A DNA stretch of 64,000 nucleotides from the sequence record NC_052663.1; one strand, 5' to 3'. This DNA is from Escherichia phage VEcB. A program made the position numbers and the translations under genes. The notes under the pieces are model-generated. The model had not been told where the DNA came from and searched no databases. It was given only the letters and a program-made list of their open reading frames with translations. Positions 1-10,023 of this stretch are shown in pieces (within the stretch, counting starts at the first letter, position 1; each line of letters begins with the position of its first letter).

Positions 1-332
1 CCTGTAAAATCTTCTTCTCCAAAGTGCAAAATATCTACACCTTGATAGATTCGCTTATATTTATAGTCTTGTCGAACTGGGAAAGTATACAATGTAGTAT
101 TTGCAAACACCACACGTCGATTGTTGTTACTACGAATATTAACACCACGTTCTACTGTATAATGTCCATCGGTAGACATACCAAGCATTACTAATGCTGC
201 TCGCAATGTGGTGTTATGATACTCGTGAGGAATTTTTCCTCCGTGCTTTTTAGCCATTTCTTTCCAGATCGGTGTAGCCTTAATGGTAGACATACTTACG
301 GTCGCCCAAATGGTTGTATTAATTAGTGACAT
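1..332 (-). CDS. hypothetical protein, N-terminal part only (gene continues past window start)
   Basis: ATG at 332-330 preceded by AAGGAG RBS on minus strand; frame open to position 1; no recognisable motif. Confidence 0.45.
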   Translation of the reverse strand, partial: MSLINTTIWATVSMSTIKATPIWKEMAKKHGGKIPHEYHNTTLRAALVMLGMSTDGHYTVERGVNIRSNNNRRVVFANTTLYTFPVRQDYKYKRIYQGVDILHFGEEDFT

Positions 333-429
333 AAATTCTCCTTCTCTCTTTTAAGGAGAGCATAGCTCTCCTAACGTTAGCCTATACTACACGAATCTCA
401 ATTAAAAGTCAACTATAATTTTAAGTTGA

Positions 430-1401
430 TCACCATTTTGTATGGTTCGTCAAAAGTTGACGATGTTGAATCCAACCACAGAAGTTTCCACTCCACAAAC
501 GATGTTTACGATCCATATGTGTAATACCTTCTTCCCAAGAGGAAGGGAACGGAGGAATATTAATACCACCTTTCTGTTGTTTTAATCCTGACAAATCCAT
601 TTCTTTCATTGGCGTTGCCTGGTGTTCAAACGGAGATGCATGTACCTTTTGTCCAGACAGCAAACGAGAATAGATATCCAATGCTTTATCTTTAGTATCA
701 TTCAATTTACGATAACTTACCTGAGCGCAACAAGAAGCTGAAATAGCTTTTGCTTCCTCTTCTGTCAACATTTTCTCGTTGGAGAAGGTTTCACCCAAGA
801 AATAACGGATCATACCAGTTTCTGGATCTCGATCACGATTAACGTAAGGTGTATGCCATTCCCCTGGGAAAAGAAGATATGGTTCAGAAGATTCATACAG
901 TTTTTTAATTTCTTTAGCAAGAGCCTCAATAGTAGGATCTGCATCAGCATCTACGCGCAACCACAAGAAGTTTTCTAGCTCTGTAGCGGTTACTACAGTC
1001 TTCATACGCTGGAATGGTTCTAGTAGGCGGTTTGCAACCTGTTTATGATAACCAGCAAGGGCAAACTCTTCTGCAAAACGTGCAGCACTTAGTGCAGCCA
1101 AGTCCCACCATTCTTTTGCAGTGTAACCTGCATCAATCAGGGCATCGTGATCTGTGCCTTTATCTTGCATACCTGGTTGGTTAGCACCAAAACGATAAGG
1201 ACGTGCTGGAGATTGCCGTACCATTTCAATTAGAGTTTTAACAGGGATAGCTCGACTTGATGCGGCATTACGAGAAAACAAACGATGCGTCATCAATTCA
1301 GAGTGAATGATTCGAGGATATTCAAGTTCAAAGGTAACAATATCCTTACCTTCGGATGTTTGAGAGTGTGCAATAATTTTTGCTGAAATAGAATTTGTCA
1401 T
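430..1401 (-). CDS. thyX: flavin-dependent thymidylate synthase (ThyX-like)
   Basis: 323 aa; segment FELEYPRIIHSELMTHRLFSRNAASSRA matches the ThyX RHR-x7-S-x-R signature region with Thr replacing the first Arg; AAGGAGA RBS. Confidence 0.55.
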   Translation of the reverse strand: MTNSISAKIIAHSQTSEGKDIVTFELEYPRIIHSELMTHRLFSRNAASSRAIPVKTLIEMVRQSPARPYRFGANQPGMQDKGTDHDALIDAGYTAKEWWDLAALSAARFAEEFALAGYHKQVANRLLEPFQRMKTVVTATELENFLWLRVDADADPTIEALAKEIKKLYESSEPYLLFPGEWHTPYVNRDRDPETGMIRYFLGETFSNEKMLTEEEAKAISASCCAQVSYRKLNDTKDKALDIYSRLLSGQKVHASPFEHQATPMKEMDLSGLKQQKGGINIPPFPSSWEEGITHMDRKHRLWSGNFCGWIQHRQLLTNHTKW

Positions 1402-1410
1402 TATTTCTCC

Positions 1411-2001
1411 TTAAGGTAGTAAAATACTTTCAATTTCTTCCCACTGATTATCTAAACCAGTGATAATTACATTAGGAAGTTTCTTTAACTCTTCCAAGTA
1501 TGGATCTTCGTAAATAGTGTTGAAATATATTTTCAACGTTTCATCTGGAAATAGGACAAGATTTTCAGCCCTATCGTCAATAGTTACGTCGCAAGGTAAT
1601 AAGTATTTTTCTTTTGTTGCGAAAAAGCCATTACCAGATGTTCTGCTAAAGTCCACTTTATCTAAAGATCGTGTTACGTGTCTATATTTAGAACTAAGGT
1701 GTCCACCCTTAGTGTGGCTTGCTATAGATATATTAGCTCCATTTGCAATTATACGATGAACAACATCTGTACTATTAGGTACTACTCCCATAGTATCATA
1801 TAGATGTTGGTTATCCCAAAAAGAGTAAGGATCTACACCAAATTGCTTTTTAAAATCAGGAAAATATTTCGTAATATCATAATGCACAGTCTTTTGTGTC
1901 TTATCAAACTTGATATTAGATCTACTTACCGCATTTAACCAACTCAACCATTCTATATCGGCAGGAGCTATTACTAAATCCCAATCACATACTAGACGCA
2001 T
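1411..2001 (-). CDS. hypothetical protein (start uncertain; longest ORF reaches 2115 but would overlap tdk by 131 nt)
   Basis: 234 aa ORF in track; internal Met at 2001 reduces the overlap with tdk to 17 nt; no recognisable motif. Confidence 0.4.
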   Translation of the reverse strand: MRLVCDWDLVIAPADIEWLSWLNAVSRSNIKFDKTQKTVHYDITKYFPDFKKQFGVDPYSFWDNQHLYDTMGVVPNSTDVVHRIIANGANISIASHTKGGHLSSKYRHVTRSLDKVDFSRTSGNGFFATKEKYLLPCDVTIDDRAENLVLFPDETLKIYFNTIYEDPYLEELKKLPNVIITGLDNQWEEIESILLP

Positions 2002-2548
2002 TATTTCTCCTGTTATAACATTTTCTACACATTGTTTCGTAAATATCTTCTCCTCCAATAACAATCTGTTCTTTAGAGTCGATAAGTCTAGCATTGAAAA
2101 TAGCTTTTCTTCCACATTTACAAATGCTTTTCAATTCTGTAATTGAATCTGCTATGGCTAATAACCGTTCAGAACCTTCAAACAATTCTGTAGCAAAATC
2201 TGTTTTAAGCCCATAACAGAATACAGGAATATCGTAATTATCTACCACATCTCCAAGAATGTCAACCATATCTTTAGTTAGGAATTGTGATTCGTCCACA
2301 AACACTGCATCTACTGGATTTTCTTTAAGTTGTGTATAAATTTCCAGCATATCTTCTTTTGTTTTTACTGGTTTTGCTTCCTCTTTAATACCTATCCTAG
2401 AAGCAATAGCACAACCAGATCTGGTATCTAAAGCTGAAGTTAAAAGAAGAACTTTCATATTTCTTTCTTTATAGTTCCAAGCTGTTTGTAGCAGATGTGT
2501 GCTTTTACCACTGTTCATCGGACTATATCGGAAATAAAGTTTAGCCAT
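1985..2548 (-). CDS. tdk: thymidine kinase
   Basis: 187 aa; P-loop SPMNSGKST, FVDESQF, C-terminal zinc ribbon CKCGRKA...CRKC typical of type II thymidine kinases. Confidence 0.85.
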   Translation of the reverse strand: MAKLYFRYSPMNSGKSTHLLQTAWNYKERNMKVLLLTSALDTRSGCAIASRIGIKEEAKPVKTKEDMLEIYTQLKENPVDAVFVDESQFLTKDMVDILGDVVDNYDIPVFCYGLKTDFATELFEGSERLLAIADSITELKSICKCGRKAIFNARLIDSKEQIVIGGEDIYETMCRKCYNRRNNASSM

Positions 2549-2593
2549 ATTTTCTCCTCTAACGCTCCCATTTGTGGGAGCGATAATACTTTA

Positions 2594-3169
2594 TTATTTC
2601 TCTTCGTCAAGAAGAATTTTTACTATTTGTTTTCTTCGCTTACTTACTGTACTTTCTGGTGAAATTCCGCGCTTCGTTAGCCAATTTTTATCCTTTTTAG
2701 ACTGGCATAAAGCTATCGCTTCCTTCTCCGCTTTTGCTTCCCTGAATGTCATATCGTGCTTGTCAGCATAAGCCAAGATAGCGTTACACTGCTTACAAAC
2801 TACACGCAGGTCGTCTTCTGTTACGTACAATAGGCGTAAAACAAAACTTGGGATATCTTCATAACAGGTTAATGTACCTGCTGCATTAATATGGTCTACT
2901 TGAAAGTCTTTCATACCTCCTGTATGTCCACACAATTCACACTTACAATTCCAAACCTGTTTCGGTTTGCCTGTTTTCTTATCTAAAACTATATTTCCAT
3001 CTTTATCCAACCTATCCGCTTTAAATCGTACAGATTGGATCTTTTTTATCTTATTCGGGTGTCTCACCCATGCTTTCCTTAAGCAACCCCTTAAATATGT
3101 ATAAAAGGCTGCTTGAGTTTTCCAAGGTGTTCCATCTCCCCAAATAACTTTAGGTTCTTTATTTTCCAA
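2594..3169 (-). CDS. HNH-type endonuclease (possible homing endonuclease)
   Basis: 191 aa; CELCGH...VDHI...CKQCN arrangement resembles HNH Zn-finger nuclease motif. Confidence 0.5.
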   Translation of the reverse strand: MENKEPKVIWGDGTPWKTQAAFYTYLRGCLRKAWVRHPNKIKKIQSVRFKADRLDKDGNIVLDKKTGKPKQVWNCKCELCGHTGGMKDFQVDHINAAGTLTCYEDIPSFVLRLLYVTEDDLRVVCKQCNAILAYADKHDMTFREAKAEKEAIALCQSKKDKNWLTKRGISPESTVSKRRKQIVKILLDEEK

Positions 3170-3353
3170 TAGTGCTCACCTTTTTAGCTACATAATCTCC
3201 TGGTGGAATGTTATATTTAAAGAAAAGCATACGGTCTAAACCAGCCTTACACATGTTTTCTGGGATTGTGATTGTATATAAGAGTTTATCTCCACGTTTA
3301 TTGTATATTTTATATACTTCACCCTCTCCGTATTGTTTACCGTGAGAAGCCAT
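3159..3353 (-). CDS. hypothetical protein
   Basis: 64 aa ORF, 4-nt overlap with downstream gene. Confidence 0.35.
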   Translation of the reverse strand: MASHGKQYGEGEVYKIYNKRGDKLLYTITIPENMCKAGLDRMLFFKYNIPPGDYVAKKVSTIGK

Positions 3354-3738
3354 CTACGCTCTCCTTCAATGTTTCAATAGCATCTGCTGCTTCAATATAC
3401 TTACCTTTGTACATTGCTTTTAAAGCCTTACGAACAAGATCATCATCTGTGTATAAATCAATTAGCTGATTAGCTAACTCAATTTTTACAGGATTTTTTA
3501 AGTTAGGGTAGGCTTCATACAACATATTGTAATACTTATCACTTAATTCTTTTTCAATATGAATAACGTGAATCGCTTTGTTTAGGTTGATCATACGATC
3601 ACCTTTGTTTCGACAAGCATACTTAGCTAACTTAGTGAAACAAGGAGTTGCACCAATTAGATATGCAAGTTCCAAAGGTTGCATACGCATACGTTTGTAG
3701 TGATCACCATCAATTTGAATATCCAGTGCTGTAGTCAT
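3337..3738 (-). CDS. hypothetical protein
   Basis: 133 aa; GGAGGA RBS; preceded on minus strand by terminator hairpin. Confidence 0.5.
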   Translation of the reverse strand: MTTALDIQIDGDHYKRMRMQPLELAYLIGATPCFTKLAKYACRNKGDRMINLNKAIHVIHIEKELSDKYYNMLYEAYPNLKNPVKIELANQLIDLYTDDDLVRKALKAMYKGKYIEAADAIETLKESVDGFSR

Positions 3739-3749
3739 AAATCCTCCAA

Positions 3750-3779
3750 AAATAAAGGGGCTTTCGCCCCTTTTTTATT
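3750..3779 (-). terminator. rho-independent terminator (hairpin GGGGC-N4-GCCCC flanked by T runs on both strands)
   Basis: GGGGCTTTCGCCCC at 3757-3770 followed by T run; lies just downstream of the minus-strand gene ending at 3778. Confidence 0.6.
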
Positions 3780-4740
3780 AAATTCCAATAACAGTGTTTA
3801 CACGCTTCTCTTTGCTACGCAAATTAACACGTCCACGAGACAGGCTATTACATGATGTGCATCTTAGCACTTGGAATGTACTAACCGCTGTTGTGTAAAC
3901 CTTACCAGGAACAACTTCAAGGTGCTCTTTACCGCAACGAGGACAACGAAGTTTTTCATCGTCATAGAATGCAGATACGTTAGGATGTTGTGGAATCCAT
4001 GCACGAAGTTTGATGTAAAGATCTCTAAGAGAAACAACATCACCATCATTGTATGTTTGCATACGGAAGAAGGCATGTCTATCTCCTTCGCAACATGCTT
4101 TCCACAAAGGAAAACCTTCATTATCAAGTTTAAAGTTTTCTGTATCAAAATACAAACACATTTCTTTAAGCGCATTAGAAGGTAGTGCAAACTGCTTCTT
4201 AGCTGCCTTGAGTGTATCAATTACAACATAATGTGATGGTGGCTCCATACCGTGAAAAGCAAAACGTTGGTTAATATAAGCCTTATCAAACTTAATACCA
4301 TTGTGCGCGATCACAATATCTGCATCGTCAAGCAAGTGCCAGAGATCTTGACATAATTCCCAATCATCTGTATGATCTATGTCAAACAAAGGGTAATTGC
4401 TAAGGTTCTTACCTTCTACTTCCCCTGTTTCTAAATCAGCAGATGAATAGGAAAGCAAGTAACCTCGACGAATAACTTGTTCAGGTGCAATAAAGGCTTT
4501 GAAACGTGAGAAGCTATACACAATCTCCGGTGCTGTCTCTACGTCAATAATTTTAATTACTGGCCCACCTTTATCTTGCGGAGCACCTCGATGTGGTGAA
4601 TTTACACGAGCTAAGTAATCATTTACTGTGCTCTTCTTAGTAGAACTTCCCAACACCTCTTGTGCAATCTTACGCGAAGAATAACCTTGTGCTTTCATAG
4701 ATACAATCAAGGCTTTCTGTTCGTCTGTTAATTTACTCAA
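3778..4740 (-). CDS. DnaQ-like (DEDDh) 3'-5' exonuclease with N-terminal HTH and C-terminal zinc ribbon
   Basis: 320 aa; IIDVETAP (Exo I), AHNGIKFDKAYI (Exo III H-x4-D like), CPRCG...CTSCN ribbon, N-terminal HTH-like segment. Confidence 0.5.
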   Translation of the reverse strand: MSKLTDEQKALIVSMKAQGYSSRKIAQEVLGSSTKKSTVNDYLARVNSPHRGAPQDKGGPVIKIIDVETAPEIVYSFSRFKAFIAPEQVIRRGYLLSYSSADLETGEVEGKNLSNYPLFDIDHTDDWELCQDLWHLLDDADIVIAHNGIKFDKAYINQRFAFHGMEPPSHYVVIDTLKAAKKQFALPSNALKEMCLYFDTENFKLDNEGFPLWKACCEGDRHAFFRMQTYNDGDVVSLRDLYIKLRAWIPQHPNVSAFYDDEKLRCPRCGKEHLEVVPGKVYTTAVSTFQVLRCTSCNSLSRGRVNLRSKEKRVNTVIGI

Positions 4741-5771
4741 TGTTCCTCCTGCTCTGAAATATATGCTTGTAGCATACTTTCAAAAGTTGTTTCATCATTC
4801 GCCCAACGTTTCATATATACCAACTGAAAAATTGTCTCTATCCATTCATCAGTTGTCATTTCTACTTCTTCACCATCCCAAGAAGTAAATTTAACGCCAT
4901 CTGGGAACCATTCATAATACTGATCTTTAACTGTCTGAAAAAGTTCAGCCTGTGTTTTACATTTGGAAATAAGATTAAAGCAAGTAATATCTCCAAACTT
5001 AACATCGAAATCTTGGTAAGGTCGAATACTATCTGTCTTATCGCCCATTAGCATTTGATAAGCTAACCAGTAACTACCCCAACCCTTAACTTCTTTTTTC
5101 TTACCTTTTTCTACGATCCAGATATCACCGATAGATTCATCAATCAGAATAACACAAGGATTTTTATAAACACCATCCTCTTTATAAAAGTTAAAGAGTA
5201 AACTTGGTGTGTGTAAGCTATCTTTGTCGATAGATGCTACAATATGAGAAAACTTACCAGTTTCCTTGTAGGCTTTATACCCTGCATATCCATAGATTTC
5301 TAAAGCATCATCTGCCTCAATACCAGTAACAACGTCACCGTTATGTTTTTCAACTAGATAATCTTTAGTATCTGATAATTGGATTGGTCTTAAATCTGAT
5401 CGTTCTGATTTATATTCTTTTGGCATTTTGAAAGAATGCCGGAAGGTTTTTCCTACCCCGATGACACCGCAATACTTTTGAAGTTTTAGGTGATCCACCA
5501 TCTGGGTTATTTTTGTCTTTGCAGCTTGAAACGTAAAAGAAATATTCTCTGGGACTATTTGAACATCTTTTATTTCAAAATCTTCCTTGGAGAACAACTT
5601 CTTACCAGCAGCTTCGCGTTGCGCGTTAAGTGCTCCTAACCATCCTCCAATATTTTTTGAAGATTTACCCCAAAAATCTGTTCTTGTTTCAAACTCTTTT
5701 ACATTACCGGAAGCCTTGTGTACAGCGTGGATTTTTCTTTGTTCTAAAGCTGAAGACGCTTGGAACGCCAC
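4737..5771 (-). CDS. 5'-3' exonuclease / flap endonuclease (RNase H-like, FEN family)
   Basis: 344 aa; GIEADDALEI (G-x-EADD FEN signature) and LMGDKTDSIRP (H3TH-like LxGDxSDNIPG). Confidence 0.55.
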   Translation of the reverse strand: MAFQASSALEQRKIHAVHKASGNVKEFETRTDFWGKSSKNIGGWLGALNAQREAAGKKLFSKEDFEIKDVQIVPENISFTFQAAKTKITQMVDHLKLQKYCGVIGVGKTFRHSFKMPKEYKSERSDLRPIQLSDTKDYLVEKHNGDVVTGIEADDALEIYGYAGYKAYKETGKFSHIVASIDKDSLHTPSLLFNFYKEDGVYKNPCVILIDESIGDIWIVEKGKKKEVKGWGSYWLAYQMLMGDKTDSIRPYQDFDVKFGDITCFNLISKCKTQAELFQTVKDQYYEWFPDGVKFTSWDGEEVEMTTDEWIETIFQLVYMKRWANDETTFESMLQAYISEQEEH

Positions 5772-5863
5772 TTGATCGTAGTCTATTGCAAGAATTGTGT
5801 TCTCGTCAACATATTTGTGCAGGTCTTCCGGTTGGATTAAAATGTAACCGCTAATATTACCTC

Positions 5864-6076
5864 CTATTCATCATCTGAAATCTCTGTTGAGAATGTTCGT
5901 GTGTAGGGACACTGACGACTTGCAGAAACCTCTATAACCTTGTCGTACATACCGTTAGAGTAAAAACAGTATTTTGTACTTCCAGAAACTTGTTCTCCAG
6001 AATTAATTAAAGTTATTTGACCAGCATAAGAATAAGAACTGATTACTAAAAGTAAACCGACAAGAAGTTTTTTCAT
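5864..6076 (-). CDS. small secreted protein
   Basis: 70 aa; N-terminal signal peptide MKKLLVGLLLVISSYSYA; AAGGAGAC RBS. Confidence 0.45.
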   Translation of the reverse strand: MKKLLVGLLLVISSYSYAGQITLINSGEQVSGSTKYCFYSNGMYDKVIEVSASRQCPYTRTFSTEISDDE

Positions 6077-6151
6077 TGGTGTGTCTCCTTAAAAGCCCAC
6101 CTAACTAAGTAGGTAGGCATATTAACACATATTAAATTAGTAAGTCAAGTA

Positions 6152-7036
6152 TTATTTTTGAATAGTTGACTTAATAAGGTCTTGCATAATACCACGGATT
6201 TCATTAAAGCACAGAAGGACAGATGCTTCAAAAGATCCTTCTTCATCGTTAAAGTATTTAGGGAATTTAATACCACTCAACTTAAATTCTTTATCAACAA
6301 TAAAGTTAACGAAACCGTCATATTCCAGGCCAATGGCAACAACGTGCTTACCATCTTCCATAAGTTCTACTGCACGAGATTCATAAAGGGATTCTTTACT
6401 CCATACAACCACACCTTCAGAATCTTCAAGTTTAATATAATTACCAAGGGTCAGTCGTTCAGCCTCATGTTCTTCTAAGATGGTATCAAAACCTTTAATA
6501 ATGGCCTCTTCGTGTACACTAAACGGCAGGACTGGGAAAGTACCCAACACCTCACGAAGAAACACAGCAATATCTTCACTAATTTTCTTAGTACCATTAA
6601 GAACGTAGGTAATACTGTTTTCAGTGTCTACAACAACATAGTTATAGAAATCATCTGCCTCTGTCTCTGGGAGCAGAGAAAACACGATATCAGCCTCAAT
6701 TGCTTTTTTACTTTCTTTGTCCAAGAAGAATTCTTTAGTAGGATTTGCAGCAATAAACTCTTGTTCCATCTCTTGGAGTTTTTCATTAAGAATGCGTTTA
6801 ACTTTTTTCTTGTTAACTTTCTTAACAGATTGCCCTACTTTAATAACCTCTAAACCAGAGAACACTTTTACATAGGAACCATCATCTTCAAAACGAACAA
6901 GACCAATGGTATGTGCTTGTTGACCCTGTGCCATAACAAAATCCAGCGGTTTGTCTGTTACTGTGTTCAGTGCGGAAATAGACAGACCATCACCAGAAAT
7001 CAGGGTTACGCAAGATTTGAAATTTTTAGCAAACAT
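6152..7036 (-). CDS. hypothetical protein
   Basis: 294 aa ORF with RBS; no confident motif. Confidence 0.5.
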   Translation of the reverse strand: MFAKNFKSCVTLISGDGLSISALNTVTDKPLDFVMAQGQQAHTIGLVRFEDDGSYVKVFSGLEVIKVGQSVKKVNKKKVKRILNEKLQEMEQEFIAANPTKEFFLDKESKKAIEADIVFSLLPETEADDFYNYVVVDTENSITYVLNGTKKISEDIAVFLREVLGTFPVLPFSVHEEAIIKGFDTILEEHEAERLTLGNYIKLEDSEGVVVWSKESLYESRAVELMEDGKHVVAIGLEYDGFVNFIVDKEFKLSGIKFPKYFNDEEGSFEASVLLCFNEIRGIMQDLIKSTIQK

Positions 7037-7046
7037 AGTTTTCTCC

Positions 7047-7325
7047 TCAAATAATAACTACAAAATATTTTACACCATCATATTCGACAATATGATCAGG
7101 ATATTTAAATCCTTTATAAGATTTACCAAACAGACTAACAGCCTCATTAGCTTTGTTTTGCGGATTACTCAGCCACTGTTCTTCTGTGTAAAACTTAAAC
7201 TCTGTTCTCTTACCTTCTTTTTCTAAACCAACAATTTCCTGTGTGATATCTTCAATACCTGCATTCTTCAAGGATTTGATTACCTGACGCAAACCGTGTT
7301 TAAAGATATCTTCTGCTGTTAACAT
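7047..7325 (-). CDS. hypothetical protein
   Basis: 92 aa ORF with GGAGG RBS. Confidence 0.45.
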   Translation of the reverse strand: MLTAEDIFKHGLRQVIKSLKNAGIEDITQEIVGLEKEGKRTEFKFYTEEQWLSNPQNKANEAVSLFGKSYKGFKYPDHIVEYDGVKYFVVII

Positions 7326-7361
7326 AATACCTCCAATAAGCCCCCGAATGGGCTTTATTTC

Positions 7362-8084
7362 TTAAGCAATGATTGCTGCGATATTAGGTTTAACAAAGGT
7401 AGATGGTTTCATAATTTTACCTTTGTCATCAAAGAATACGTATACCTTTTGAACTTCGTTATATACAGCATGTACCCCAGTATAAGAACCTTCTGCACGA
7501 TCTTTGCTTCGCATCTCGATAGCATCGCACTCTTTTTCAAGAGCTTCAATAATATCCTTAGTTTCCCAAATAGCCAGGAGTTGCTTCTTGGTAGGATACT
7601 TGGACTCATTGCTATTCAACACTTCACGCATAACCTTCTTCTCGTTATAAACAGAACGCACCAAAGTATCTCGTGCCATACGGGTAAGTGTAAGAGACAT
7701 TAAGGCAAATTGCAAGTCATTTTCTACCATTTTATCAAATTCAATGATAACATCGTAAATGTTCTCTGCCAGAACATCTCCTGTCGGCATTTCCAGAGCT
7801 TTATCAACACCTTCTTTACCAAAGAACATAAATGCCAGATAGGATGCTACCACAAAAATATCTGCTGCTGCATCAAGTAATTCAACGTGATCATTTTCCT
7901 GTGCTGCTGCTTGGAACTCTTTAAGTTCTTCTCGTACAAAAGAAAGTTGAGCTTCAAACATCTCTTGAGTAAACTCTGGAGTTACTCCACCACGTGCCTT
8001 AGCATTCCAAGCAACAATTTGATCGGCAGCTTTGATAAAGAAGCTATTGTCCACTTTTACTTGTTTGAAAAAATTCTCGATCAT
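7362..8084 (-). CDS. hypothetical protein, possibly MazG-like all-alpha NTP pyrophosphohydrolase
   Basis: 240 aa; ELKEFQAA...ELLDAAADIFVV loosely resembles MazG/dUTPase-like EExxE...D motifs. Confidence 0.3.
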   Translation of the reverse strand: MIENFFKQVKVDNSFFIKAADQIVAWNAKARGGVTPEFTQEMFEAQLSFVREELKEFQAAAQENDHVELLDAAADIFVVASYLAFMFFGKEGVDKALEMPTGDVLAENIYDVIIEFDKMVENDLQFALMSLTLTRMARDTLVRSVYNEKKVMREVLNSNESKYPTKKQLLAIWETKDIIEALEKECDAIEMRSKDRAEGSYTGVHAVYNEVQKVYVFFDDKGKIMKPSTFVKPNIAAIIA

Positions 8085-8093
8085 TGTTTCTCC

Positions 8094-8285
8094 TTATTTA
8101 AAATATTGTTTTGTAAATTCCACCAGATATACAACAACTGCACCCATTTGTACACCTGCTGCACCGTAGACAATCATCAGACTAGCCTTCTGCCACCATG
8201 TTGGGTGAGGGAAAGTTGATGCGACAATTATACCACAAGCAACAATAGAAAGCAACACAAGAATCAAAATAACTTCAATGCTCAT
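8094..8285 (-). CDS. small membrane protein (two predicted TM helices)
   Basis: 63 aa, two hydrophobic stretches. Confidence 0.45.
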   Translation of the reverse strand: MSIEVILILVLLSIVACGIIVASTFPHPTWWQKASLMIVYGAAGVQMGAVVVYLVEFTKQYFK

Positions 8286-8296
8286 TGCAACCTCCT

Positions 8297-8926
8297 TTAT
8301 GTTTTAATCTTGCCAAAATACAATACTTCAGCTTCCTGTCTTGCTGATATAGCATCTTCAATATCAATAAATGCTCCAAGACGGATATCTTTTCCTTGAT
8401 AGGATATACGAGCAATCCATCTTTTTTCTTTCTCGCTCCACACAACACCTGTTTTACCAGAAGTGTTATTTTTCTGTTTTCGTGTATTGTATGACTGGAC
8501 AGACCTTGTAGCCCAGCGACAATTTTCTTTACTGTAATCTTTTTCAGAGTCTATTCTGTCAAGAGATAAACCTTTAGGTCTATCTCCCATATCCTCAAAG
8601 AATGCAGAGAATGAATTTCTCCAAGCATCACAAACCTTAATACCACGACCACCGTAGTATTCAAAGTGAGTATTGTTTTTGTTATAGCATCTCCCTAACA
8701 TAGCTTCCCACGATTTGTATGCTCCTGTTTGTGTTGTTTTCGGTCTACACTTGGAACAATAAGAACTTCTATTCTTCCTAAGTGTTTCCATAGTTACCGT
8801 GCAAATATTACCACAATCACAAGAACAAGTAAAACGTCTTTTGCCATGTTTGTCCCTTTCAATCTCTTCTAAGACAGTATAACAACCGCATTTCTTACCT
8901 ACAAGGTCTACTCTCTTGGCTCCCAT
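8297..8926 (-). CDS. HNH homing endonuclease with AP2 DNA-binding domain
   Basis: 209 aa; WEAMLGRCYNKNNTHFEYYGGRGIKVCDAW and GVVWSEKEKRWIARISYQGKDIRLGAF (AP2-like). Confidence 0.6.
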   Translation of the reverse strand: MGAKRVDLVGKKCGCYTVLEEIERDKHGKRRFTCSCDCGNICTVTMETLRKNRSSYCSKCRPKTTQTGAYKSWEAMLGRCYNKNNTHFEYYGGRGIKVCDAWRNSFSAFFEDMGDRPKGLSLDRIDSEKDYSKENCRWATRSVQSYNTRKQKNNTSGKTGVVWSEKEKRWIARISYQGKDIRLGAFIDIEDAISARQEAEVLYFGKIKT

Positions 8927-10023
8927 GTTCCCTCCACCATTTCCCGTAAACGGACACCTGTTGGTTTCGTAGGTATTCCACCATCGGAAAACTCTTCATA
9001 CTCAATCTCAACAAATTTACCAATTAACATTTCGGCATTTTCTGCTTTACGATAGTTAATGGTTTCATCTGAATCCTTACGCATCAGGAATTCGACTACT
9101 TTACCATTTTCCATCTCTCCTGTCAATACCCCGTCACCATTTTTATCACGCTTTGCACTTACCACTTTAACTTCAAGCGTCTGACGTGGTTTACGTTTAA
9201 TAACATCATAAGAACGTTTATCGAATTCGTAAACACCTTTTGCGTTACGATACACTACACCTTCCGCTTTCTCACGTAGAGCTTTTGCATAGAAAGCATC
9301 AAACTGTTCTTGGTTTTCAATGTACTCTGTATGTACTACACAAATAAGTTCATCTAAACCTTTATCTTCAACAACTTCTTTTAGAGCAGCCAAAACTTGA
9401 ACCCTCTTCTCAAATGGTACAGATGCCACAGGAACATCGTATACATAATATTTAAGAAGCGGTGTGTTAGCATTATGCTTTTTCCACGCACTATTAATTT
9501 GTTGAAGGCTAAGGACACCCAAGCCAGCAAAAACTTCACCGTCAAGAGGATGACCAACTACTTCTTTAATGAAGGTTGGAATTTCTTCCCAGTGAGGTGG
9601 AAGTTTATATACCTCCCCAGCTTTAGATAAACATTCACCTTGCATGTTAATCATTGAACGTAGACCATTCAATTTATATTGTGCATAACCTGGGAACAAA
9701 ACACGGTCAGCATAATCTTTATAATCCTGACATTTCATGGGTGTGGAAGGAACATGGTTTTCAGCTTCCTCTTTTGTTTTATAATACCCATTCTTAAGTT
9801 GCTTTGTCCACTTGGCAAGAGCTTCTATTTCAGCTTGTTCTTCTGCTGTTGTTTCATTTGAGCGACCAATATTTTTAGGTTCTGCCGTATAAGATTTGCT
9901 AGTAATCTTTCCACCTAATTGACCATGAGCAACAGTTACAACACTACCTTCGGTATAGACTGACCACTGTTTAATTTTACCTGTAGAAGTTTTACCATAT
10001 AACGTAGGATTAGTTTGTTTCAT
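8908..10023 (-). CDS. ATP-dependent polynucleotide ligase (nucleotidyltransferase superfamily; DNA or RNA ligase)
   Basis: motif I YKLNGLR, motif III LDGEV, motif IV EGVVYR, motif V KRK; start placed at Met17 (GGAGG RBS) rather than track start 10071. Confidence 0.6.
   Translation of the reverse strand: MKQTNPTLYGKTSTGKIKQWSVYTEGSVVTVAHGQLGGKITSKSYTAEPKNIGRSNETTAEEQAEIEALAKWTKQLKNGYYKTKEEAENHVPSTPMKCQDYKDYADRVLFPGYAQYKLNGLRSMINMQGECLSKAGEVYKLPPHWEEIPTFIKEVVGHPLDGEVFAGLGVLSLQQINSAWKKHNANTPLLKYYVYDVPVASVPFEKRVQVLAALKEVVEDKGLDELICVVHTEYIENQEQFDAFYAKALREKAEGVVYRNAKGVYEFDKRSYDVIKRKPRQTLEVKVVSAKRDKNGDGVLTGEMENGKVVEFLMRKDSDETINYRKAENAEMLIGKFVEIEYEEFSDGGIPTKPTGVRLREMVEGTWEPRE

Noticed and set aside
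1411-2115. Full-length 234-aa ORF overlapping tdk by 131 nt
   Set aside because: Such a long out-of-frame overlap is unlikely; an internal start at 2001 is preferred, though unproven
3864-4231. Overlapping ORFs of 60-118 aa on both strands within the exonuclease gene
   Set aside because: Embedded in or antisense to a longer motif-bearing ORF; the same applies to many other short track ORFs inside structural genes (for example 25224-25517, 37385-37723, 48164-48391)
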